Origin: a virus
Length of the DNA: 64,000 bases
Virus record (IMG/VR): IMGVR_UViG_3300005471_000014
Coordinates: 4,927-68,926 of that record
Reading direction: 5' to 3' (one strand)
This document shows, one piece after another, positions 9,775-16,932 of this stretch. Within the stretch, counting starts at the first letter, position 1. Every line of letters starts with the position of its first letter. The position numbers and the translations under genes are program-made. Under the pieces are notes generated by a model, which was not told the DNA's origin, ran no database searches, and saw nothing but the letters and a program-made list of their open reading frames with translations.

Positions 9775-10266
9775 TCATGTGCGACCCGCGTACTTTGCGA
9801 GGGTCGCTTCTTGAATGGCGCGCGGAGCGTACCGGATCGAGGCCCATCTCTGGTACTCGCGCGACCACTCCTCAAAGCCTGGATCGTCGGCACACATCGC
9901 CGCCATCTCGCGCGCCGCGCGCGCCATGCCAATTTCAATCTGATAGCGCACCGGATCGGCGGCCTTCATCTCTCGCCACGTTGCTTCGTTCAGGCGCGTG
10001 GCCGCGTCGCGCCGTGGATCGTGCGCGCCCTCGATGACCGGCGCGCGACTACGTAGATCACGAGGCTTCGGGAATGCAGTGTCCTTCGTCGCGGTCGCGA
10101 TGATCCGCTTCACATTCGCCTGGACTTCCGACAGGTGCACATCCTTGAGCGCATCCCAGTAGGCGTTCACGAACGGATCGCCGGCCTCACGCGAACCTCG
10201 CAACGCTGCGCAAAGCTGATCCATGAGCTTCTGGAACGGAGCGAAGTCGCGCTGCGTATCCATCAC
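9775..10266 (-). CDS. putative helicase loader/inhibitor-like replication protein
   Basis: coupled directly after initiator; YWDALKD...FPKPRDL pattern. Confidence 0.45.
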   Translation of the reverse strand: MMDTQRDFAPFQKLMDQLCAALRGSREAGDPFVNAYWDALKDVHLSEVQANVKRIIATATKDTAFPKPRDLRSRAPVIEGAHDPRRDAATRLNEATWREMKAADPVRYQIEIGMARAAREMAAMCADDPGFEEWSREYQRWASIRYAPRAIQEATLAKYAGRT

Positions 10267-11069
10267 GGCGGGTCCACGGGATCATCGGCCGGCGGGCTCC
10301 ACCGTTCAGCCTGTGCCGCATCGGGAGGAACGTCCCAGTCCGCGAGAAAGTGTTTCTCCGGCCCGAGAAACGTCTTCGCTTGCATCACGTACTCGGATCG
10401 ATCCTTGCCCGTCTCCGCGATGAACTTCGCATAGCGCTTCGCGCCCTCGATCATGACCTCCGGCTCGATGCCTTCGTGGATGCGCGCGTTCCATGTGTTC
10501 TGCGCGAGACGCCACGGTTGTCCTCCGGCGCGCATTGGGAATTCGAGCTTGAAGCTCAGAAAGTCTTCATCGACTTCGGTTCCACGGGGAACACGCCCAG
10601 CGCGCGCTGAGCGTCTGCGCTCAGCACTCTTATTCTCAAAGGCAGATGGAGATGGAGATGGAGATGGAGATGGAGGCGTGCGCTCAGCGTCGTGGTCTGC
10701 GCCATTCTCTGCGCGTCGCTCCGCGTCACGCTGAGCGCGACGCTTCTCGTTCGCGAGCGTGGCGCCCAGCGTGTGCCTATCGCGCAGACGCAAGGCGTCT
10801 TTTCTGTGCTCTTCCAAGCGTCTATTGAAGAGACCTTCACCGTTTGCATCGAATTTCGCGCCGACTGTCGTCCAAATGCGCTCGAACTCTCCCTCAGTGA
10901 AACCCGTGATGCGTGCGAGCTGTGAAACATCCGCGGGCACGGCTCCATTGATCCATTGGAAGGCGAGCAAGCTGATGTAAGCGCCACGCTCAGCGCCCGG
11001 CCAATGCAACGTCGCGCCGAACCAGTCCTTGACCCAAAAGGGCATCATCGGAAGGTCGGTACTGCTCAC
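10263..11069 (-). CDS. DUF1376 (YdaU-like) phage replication initiator
   Basis: MPFWVKDWFGATLHW..ERGAYISLL..QW N-terminus, (SP)n linker, C-terminal YVMQAKTFLG; GTG overlaps upstream stop. Confidence 0.8.
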   Translation of the reverse strand: MSSTDLPMMPFWVKDWFGATLHWPGAERGAYISLLAFQWINGAVPADVSQLARITGFTEGEFERIWTTVGAKFDANGEGLFNRRLEEHRKDALRLRDRHTLGATLANEKRRAQRDAERRAENGADHDAERTPPSPSPSPSPSAFENKSAERRRSARAGRVPRGTEVDEDFLSFKLEFPMRAGGQPWRLAQNTWNARIHEGIEPEVMIEGAKRYAKFIAETGKDRSEYVMQAKTFLGPEKHFLADWDVPPDAAQAERWSPPADDPVDPP

Positions 11070-11362
11070 GCCGACGCCTTCACTTGGATGGGGCGGTACC
11101 GGGGCGGCCTCTCGTATCGAGCCTCGCTCCCATCGGCTTGCAGCGTGAAGCCGCGCCAATGAGTCACCCCGCCTGTGGTGAAGATGCCGTGAAGCGTCGC
11201 CGCCTGCGGCCAACGTTGCAGGAGATCGAGATCACGGCGTCGGAGCGTGAGCACCTTCAGGGTCGGCCGATTGACCGTGAGCCAATTGGCGAGCGGCGCC
11301 ATCGAATCGACGACTTCGCTGATCGCGTGATAGCCGCGAAAAGTATTGGAGCGCGCAGTCAC
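11066..11362 (-). CDS. hypothetical phage protein
   Basis: 98-aa ORF between cro-like gene and initiator. Confidence 0.55.
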   Translation of the reverse strand: MTARSNTFRGYHAISEVVDSMAPLANWLTVNRPTLKVLTLRRRDLDLLQRWPQAATLHGIFTTGGVTHWRGFTLQADGSEARYERPPRYRPIQVKASA

Positions 11363-11386
11363 CGGGACACGCCCTGCACGTTGGAG

Positions 11387-11644
11387 TTAGACGCGACGTT
11401 CTGTGGGGTCCGTAGTCGTCGCCGCGCGGACTGTGGGCTCAGCATTCATCGGATGCAGAAGCTCTCTCAGCAAGCGTTTCGGCGAGCACTTCAGCGCTCG
11501 CGTCAGATGCTCGAACAGCACAAGCCTTGGCACCAGGCGTCGGTGCTCAATCTGGCTGATGGTCGTCGCATCACAAAAACACTCGTCTGCCACGTCCTTC
11601 TGCGTTTTGCCCAGCTCTTCACGACGGTGTCGAACGTACTCCAT
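11387..11644 (-). CDS. Cro-like XRE HTH regulator
   Basis: RREELGKTQKDVADECFCDATTISQIEH; divergent from 11787. Confidence 0.8.
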   Translation of the reverse strand: MEYVRHRREELGKTQKDVADECFCDATTISQIEHRRLVPRLVLFEHLTRALKCSPKRLLRELLHPMNAEPTVRAATTTDPTERRV

Positions 11645-11676
11645 CGCGCGGACCCTACTCTCCGCAGAATCACGAA

Positions 11677-11695
11677 TGCAAACAGGCTGTGTGCA
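11677..11695. promoter_or_regulatory. 19-bp palindromic operator TGCAAACAGGCTGTGTGCA
   Basis: one of six related intergenic copies; between divergent HTH genes. Confidence 0.75.
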
Positions 11696-11786
11696 GATAT
11701 GAGAGCAACGGGCCTCTTTTGTTGAGCAGCACTCTACTCATCTGTATAGTTTCTCGGCCGATGATGGCTAGTCCACCGGGCCATTT

Positions 11787-12278
11787 ATGCGAGAAATCTC
11801 AACCAAGACGCGTCGCAAGCGCGCCCCCTTCAAACTGCGTCCTCTGACACCGGCAGAAAAAGCAGACTGCGCGGCGTTCGCACGCTGGAACGAGGAGCAG
11901 AACGCAGCACGCAAAGCCCGCGGCGAGAGGCGATTCAGCACTCAGCGCTGGGAAGAACTCACCGGTGTCCACCGCAACACCGTAGGCGCCTACGCCCGCG
12001 GTGAACGTCCAATGCCCGTTGAGTTTCAGTTAGATGCGGCTCAACACTGGCGGTGTCCTCCGCAGTTGATCTTCCCATCGTGGAAGTGGCCCAGCGTCAC
12101 GCGCGTGGCGCCGGATGACGAGTGCATGGCGCTCGTCGTGCAATTGCTCTCGCGCATGCGACCGAGCGAGCGCACCGAGGCGATATGGCTCCTCGAAACG
12201 TATGCAGGCGCGAACAAGTCCCTGCGCGCGAGAATTGCGCGCGAAGTCCGCAAACTCTTCGGAGACGGCGCGGGCTGA
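11787..12278 (+). CDS. CI-like HTH repressor (no S24 peptidase seen)
   Basis: WEELTGVHRNTVGAYARGERPMP HTH; divergent switch position. Confidence 0.65.
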   Translation: MREISTKTRRKRAPFKLRPLTPAEKADCAAFARWNEEQNAARKARGERRFSTQRWEELTGVHRNTVGAYARGERPMPVEFQLDAAQHWRCPPQLIFPSWKWPSVTRVAPDDECMALVVQLLSRMRPSERTEAIWLLETYAGANKSLRARIAREVRKLFGDGAG

Positions 12279-12542
12279 GCTAGAGCGATGCGCCTCTGAG
12301 TCTTCGCCCGCCGCCCGCTGGAACCTGATCCACCGGAATGCTCCTGGCGCGTTTTTTTCGTTTCGCCTTCACGAAAAAAAACGCGCGGTTATTCGGCCTG
12401 CTCCTCGACACTACTCCGCGCGTTGTGCCCGTCGCAAGTTACGCTCGCATCCTGCGGTGCTTTCCGCAGGAGTCCCGCTCCCGTTTTGTCTCTCGGTCGT
12501 TTGCAAACGCTCGTAGAGCTTCACTAACGTTCGCGCCCCCGC

Positions 12543-12561
12543 TGCACACAGCCTGTATGCA
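12543..12561. promoter_or_regulatory. operator copy TGCACACAGCCTGTATGCA
   Basis: matches palindrome consensus; 23 nt before ERF start. Confidence 0.75.
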
Positions 12562-12584
12562 GCGCCGACCCGAGGGGTGCGCAC

Positions 12585-13442
12585 ATGGCCGAGGACACGC
12601 AGCCGCTCCCACCGCCACCGCGCGTGGCCGCTGTGTTCGCGGCGATCCGCCGCGTCATGGAGGACATGGCGAAGTCGGGCGTCGGTAAGCTCAAGACCAA
12701 TTCGCAGCAGAATTTCGCCTATCGCGGCGTCGATGACGTGATGGATGCTCTCGCGCCCTCGCTCGCGCGCCACGGGCTCATCATCGTGCCGCACGTCACC
12801 GAGCGCTCGGTCACTGAGCGGGAGTCGCGCCAGGGGAGCAAGCTCTTCCACACGCTGCTCCGAATTGATTACGAATTCATCAGCGTGAGCGATGGCTCGA
12901 TTCACCTCGTCGGCCCGATCTATGGCGAGGCCATGGACAGCGGTGACAAGAGCACCAACAAGGCGATGGCGATCGCCTACAAATATTGCTGCGTGCAGAC
13001 CTTCTGCATCCCGGTCACGGGCGATGACCCGGATGCACAAGCCCACGAGATTGCGGGCGCGCAGGAGCGGGGGAACCTCCCGGCGGACTCGAAGCCCTCC
13101 ACCGGAACCGCTCCTAGCGCGCCCGCGCCTACCTCCGCATCTGCTCCGGAGCCGCACGCACCACGACGGGAGGTGCCGATCGGCGCCGATGGCAAGCCAC
13201 GCGTTTTGCGCAGTGGCGGCAATTTCGGCTACGGCAAGAAATTCGCGACGACCCCATGGGAGATGATGACGAAGCGCGACCTCGAATGGTTTCGCGACGC
13301 CGAGCGCACCCCCGAAAACGTGCGCACCAAGATCGACATCGAGTTGGCGTGGCGCGCCTATGACAACGCGATCTTTGAATCCGCGCGTGATGCCGATCGC
13401 GCCGCCGCCGACGCCGTGCCCTTCGACGACAGGATTCCGTGA
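12585..13442 (+). CDS. ERF-family single-strand annealing protein
   Basis: NFAYRGVDDV..LARHGL..GEAMDSGDKSTNKAMAIAYKY..F.IP..DDPD. Confidence 0.85.
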   Translation: MAEDTQPLPPPPRVAAVFAAIRRVMEDMAKSGVGKLKTNSQQNFAYRGVDDVMDALAPSLARHGLIIVPHVTERSVTERESRQGSKLFHTLLRIDYEFISVSDGSIHLVGPIYGEAMDSGDKSTNKAMAIAYKYCCVQTFCIPVTGDDPDAQAHEIAGAQERGNLPADSKPSTGTAPSAPAPTSASAPEPHAPRREVPIGADGKPRVLRSGGNFGYGKKFATTPWEMMTKRDLEWFRDAERTPENVRTKIDIELAWRAYDNAIFESARDADRAAADAVPFDDRIP

Positions 13443-13451
13443 GGGCGCGCC

Positions 13452-13859
13452 ATGCAAATCTACGAATTCACGGACGACATGAACGAGGTCAGCGGCTACG
13501 GCGGCGATTACGAGCGCGCCTGTCGCGCGGCCATCGCAGTCGGTGCCACCTGGGTAAGTCTGCATCCCGCAGCGGAGCCTGAAGTCGATGGCAACAACGG
13601 CATATCGGGGTACGTGCGAGGCGCGAATGAGGATGGAGCGAAGATGCTCGACTGCATCGACGATCAACCGTTCCGGATGGATGACGGACGCGAGGTCAAG
13701 CTGGGGGACGTGCTCACGCCCGCGATGTACTACGTCGCGCTCTATCACATCGGCTTCATCACGGAGTTCGGGTGGAATGCGTATGCGGAAAAGATGCGTT
13801 CGCCTACGCCTCTCCGTCCCGACGCCCGCACAAAGGTCTCCGATGACGACGCAAATTGA
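13452..13859 (+). CDS. hypothetical phage protein
   Basis: 135-aa ORF with purine-rich upstream site. Confidence 0.6.
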   Translation: MQIYEFTDDMNEVSGYGGDYERACRAAIAVGATWVSLHPAAEPEVDGNNGISGYVRGANEDGAKMLDCIDDQPFRMDDGREVKLGDVLTPAMYYVALYHIGFITEFGWNAYAEKMRSPTPLRPDARTKVSDDDAN

Positions 13860-14073
13860 GCTGACCGAGAACCAATTGCTCGCGCAGCTCCTGCGCGCGG
13901 CGACCTGGGTCATCGTGACATTCATCGTGTCCTTTGCGGCTTGGTCGATTCACAACAACTATTGCGCGAGCCTCGCGCTCGCGAAGGGAATTGATCCGCT
14001 CGGCGTCGCCTGCGTCTTCGGCAGCGACCGCACTGCCTGCGCGCTGGCGGCGCGCGGAGCGCCGCGCCCATGA
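13843..14073 (+). CDS. small membrane protein
   Basis: one hydrophobic segment WVIVTFIVSFAAW. Confidence 0.5.
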   Translation: MTTQIELTENQLLAQLLRAATWVIVTFIVSFAAWSIHNNYCASLALAKGIDPLGVACVFGSDRTACALAARGAPRP

Positions 14074-14273
14074 ACGCATGGGATGTCACTCAGCTCTTCG
14101 CGATCTATGCCGACCTGCTGGAATTTTATGAGCCCCAGGCGGCACGGGAATGGCTCGTGACACCCCAGCCGCTCCTCGACCATCGGCGCCCCTGCGAACT
14201 GCTCTCCACCCCGAGGGGGCACCAGCGTCTGCTCGACCTCCTCGCGCAACTGCGCGACAGCGCGCACCTCTGA
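14070..14273 (+). CDS. MbcA/ParS/Xre antitoxin C-terminal-domain protein (DUF2384-like)
   Basis: AREWLVTPQPLLDHRRPCELLSTPRGHQRLLDLL. Confidence 0.75.
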   Translation: MNAWDVTQLFAIYADLLEFYEPQAAREWLVTPQPLLDHRRPCELLSTPRGHQRLLDLLAQLRDSAHL

Positions 14274-14298
14274 AACGGAACTCGAAGGGTCAACTCAC

Positions 14299-15177
14299 AT
14301 GACAAAGCCAACGAAAATCGAATTGCCGCCGCTGAAGCTCGCCCACGCTGAAGTCGGGATTGTGGGCGACACGCCGCTCATCGTGCATGCGTGGAGTCAG
14401 AAGGCGCGCGAGGAGATGTTGCGCAAGCAGATGAAGCTCCCCGTACATCGCACGAGCAAGGACCCAGTGGATGCGTTCCTGCGCTCGATGTATCGCACGG
14501 ATGAGAATTTCTATGGCGTGCCCGCGGTCGGGGTCAAGAATGCAATGGTGACGGCGTGCACGTCCGTCGATGGGATCACGAAGACGGCTGCGCGACAGGC
14601 GTTCATCATCGTCGGCGAGAGAGGCAAGACGAAGGCCGCGTTCGCCGATCTATTTTCACCGCAGGACTTGGTGCGCATCCTGTCGCCCAATCCGCCGACG
14701 TTGCGCGAGGACATGGTGCGCCTCGCCGGCATCGGCAACACGGCGGACCTCCGTTACCGCGCCGAGTATTGGCCATGGGGAGCAAAGCTCACCATTCGCT
14801 ACAACGCGAACGTGCTCTCGCTCGATCAGCTCGCGAATTTGCTCAACACGTCGGGCTTCGGCGTCGGATTGTGCGAGTGGCGCCCGGAGAGAGATGGTCA
14901 GTCGGGCACCTTTCACGTCGCCGATGAGCACGACATGAAGATGCTCTCATCGCGAGCGTGGCTCACGCATCGCGAGCCCGAGCTGCCCGATGTCTCGGCG
15001 TGGATGCGCAAGATGAACGCCGAGAACCAAATAGCCGAGGGGAGCGTGCGCGCCGTCGCACGGCGTGGACGGCAGAAAGTCGCGATCCCCGAGGCGGCGA
15101 ATGATCCCGTGTTCGCACCGCCGGAGGCCCCGCAACCACGGCGGCGCCGTCGCAATGGTGCCGAGGAGATCGCGTGA
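14299..15177 (+). CDS. stand-alone RAMP (Cas7/Csm3-like) RNA-binding protein
   Basis: beta1 motif IVGDTPLIVH, helix motif VPAVGVKNAM, C-terminal Gly-loop GFGVGLCEWRPERDGQSGTF; no other cas genes. Confidence 0.7.
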   Translation: MTKPTKIELPPLKLAHAEVGIVGDTPLIVHAWSQKAREEMLRKQMKLPVHRTSKDPVDAFLRSMYRTDENFYGVPAVGVKNAMVTACTSVDGITKTAARQAFIIVGERGKTKAAFADLFSPQDLVRILSPNPPTLREDMVRLAGIGNTADLRYRAEYWPWGAKLTIRYNANVLSLDQLANLLNTSGFGVGLCEWRPERDGQSGTFHVADEHDMKMLSSRAWLTHREPELPDVSAWMRKMNAENQIAEGSVRAVARRGRQKVAIPEAANDPVFAPPEAPQPRRRRRNGAEEIA

Positions 15178-15635
15178 ATCGCGAGATCAAGGAAGCGCTC
15201 GATCAGATTGCAGAGAGCGACGAGCACGGGCGCCTGCGCGCGGAAGCGATCCTCGATCGCGCGAAGACGCGCAGCTCCCCGCTCCATCCGTGTTTCACCT
15301 GGGATGACGGCAAGGCGGCGGCGCGGTGGCGCATCGAAGAGGCACGCGGCTTGATCCGAAGTTACAGCGTCGTCATCGAGCAGGCGCATCCGATCCTGAC
15401 GCGCGCGTACGTGAGTTTGAAATCTTCGCGTGTGCAGGGCGGAGGCTATACGTCGATCCAGCGCATTCTCTCGGATCGCGAACTGCATGCCGAAATGCTG
15501 CGTGATGCGCTCGAAGAGATCGGGGAAGTCGAGCGCCGTTACGGACACTTGCGTGAATTGCAACCGGTGTTCGCGGAGGCGCGCAAGGTGAAACGTCGAG
15601 CGAAAGTCGCGAAGGTCGAGCCCGCGCATGCGTGA
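15174..15635 (+). CDS. phage protein coupled to the RAMP gene
   Basis: GTGA overlap; SPLHPCFTWDD..AA..WR...AR.LIRS motif; array starts 2 nt after stop. Confidence 0.75.
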   Translation: MNREIKEALDQIAESDEHGRLRAEAILDRAKTRSSPLHPCFTWDDGKAAARWRIEEARGLIRSYSVVIEQAHPILTRAYVSLKSSRVQGGGYTSIQRILSDRELHAEMLRDALEEIGEVERRYGHLRELQPVFAEARKVKRRAKVAKVEPAHA

Positions 15636-15637
15636 GT

Positions 15638-16500
15638 GGCAGGAAGGTAAGCGCTAGGAAGGGACCGGCCCCGATCGGGACGGCAAGGAATGCTTGGCTA
15701 GTTGGGGATTGGCAGGCGAGGCCGCTTGAGGCGCGTAGAGGCTGATCTTGGTGCGTCTCGTCGATGTTGGACTGGCATGGCCCGGCAGGCGAGGTTGCGC
15801 GAGTTGCGCAAGGGCGAAGTAATGCGAGGGATGGCAGGACGGGATTCGCTCTGTGTCGCGCGGACAGGCGAGGACTCGCGGTGACAGGTTTGGTTTGGGC
15901 TTGGACCGGCAGCCTTGGCATCGCGAGGCGCGAGCGGGGCAAGGTCGGGACAGGACCGGCCGGCATGGTGGCGAATGCAATGGATGGGCGACTCATGCGT
16001 TGGCGCGGCGATTCGAGGATGGGCAGCCAAGGCGGTGCATTGGTGGCGTCGCTGGATGCGGCAGGCTTGGCTTGCATAGCGCGGGCAACGCTCGGGAAGG
16101 CTCGGCCGGAACGGCTCGGATTGTCGGCGTGGTGTTGGAGTGCATTGGATCGGCTGGATAGGTTTCGCAGTGCCGGGCCACGACAGGACGGGCCGGATAG
16201 CGATGGCGGGTCGATGCTGCGACAGGCACGGACAGGACCGGCGACGCAGGCGCGGCTTCGCTGCTCGCGGGCGGGATCGCATAGGCATGGCGAGCATTGC
16301 CAGCGCGCGGCGAGCGACGGCAGGCGAGTTGTCGGTCAGGCACGGACAGGACCGACTTTGCGGTGCGCGGATTGGACAGGCTGGCATGGTCCGGCAAGCC
16401 CCTGCGGGGCTTTGAGGGCGGAGGCACGGCAAGGCAGGCATGGGCGGCGGGGTGCTGCGCGCGAAGGCAAGGAACGCATTGGCGTGGCCGGTGAGGCGGT
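15638..16500 (+). repeat. non-coding pentamer-periodic (GGN-NN) array of ~15 units, putative guide-RNA precursor
   Basis: 5-nt phase e.g. GGCA|GGACG|GGATT|CGCTC|TGTGT|CGCGC|GGACA|GGCGA|GGACT|CGCGG|TGACA|GGTTT|GGTTT; strong G skew; units start at GGCA/GGCC/GGCT tetramers. Confidence 0.8.
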
Positions 16501-16504
16501 TGGG

Positions 16505-16538
16505 CGCACACAGCCTGTTTGCACACAGGCTGTGTGCA
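16505..16538. promoter_or_regulatory. two overlapping operator copies before xis-int
   Basis: CGCACACAGCCTGTTTGCA (16505-16523) and TGCACACAGGCTGTGTGCA (16520-16538). Confidence 0.8.
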
Positions 16539-16554
16539 AATAAACAGGCCACAA

Positions 16555-16932
16555 GTGTCAAATGCCGCCGACACCGCCACGCCCGAAGCGGAATATACGG
16601 AGAAGCAGATTGCGGACCGGATGCAGGTGAAGGTCCGCGATGTGAAGTGGCTGATGAGAACGGGTCAACTGGAATTCATGAAGGTCACGCCGCGCAAGTG
16701 GCGCATCACCGAGAACCAATACCAGCGCTACAAAGCGCGGAAGGAAGCGGAGGCCGCATGCCGCGCGAAGATCGACTTACCTACAAGGGCTACTACCTCA
16801 TCGAGCCCGAGGCCAATAGTAAGTCCCCCTGCTACCTCATCGCCTGGTACGACGCTAAGTCCGGACAACGACGCACTCGTACAACTGGCGTCGAGAATGT
16901 TAGCCCGGAGAGCAAAGACCAAGCCCACCTGA
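16555..16932 (+). CDS. excisionase-like HTH (MerR/HTH_17-type) protein
   Basis: YTEKQIADRMQVKVRDVKWLMRTGQL..KWRIT; directly upstream of and overlapping integrase. Confidence 0.7.
   Translation: MSNAADTATPEAEYTEKQIADRMQVKVRDVKWLMRTGQLEFMKVTPRKWRITENQYQRYKARKEAEAACRAKIDLPTRATTSSSPRPIVSPPATSSPGTTLSPDNDALVQLASRMLARRAKTKPT

Noticed and set aside
10645-10674. (GATGGA)5 microsatellite as a phase-variation tract
   Set aside because: In-frame hexamer encoding the Ser-Pro linker typical of phage initiators.
12411-13925. 504-aa minus-strand ORF
   Set aside because: Antisense shadow of ERF and downstream genes.
15638-16500. Classical CRISPR array
   Set aside because: No identical 23-47-bp direct repeats with unique spacers, and no cas1/cas2.
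15373-16580. Many overlapping long ORFs across the array (e.g. 15764-16543 +, 15698-16561 -)
   Set aside because: Low-complexity G/R/A/P translations open in most frames because the GC-rich 5-nt repeat is stop-poor; the periodicity is 5, not 3.
16440-16757. N-terminal extension of the 648-aa integrase ORF
   Set aside because: It runs through the array end, the operators and the xis frame; GGAGG-preceded ATG 16758 is the better start.
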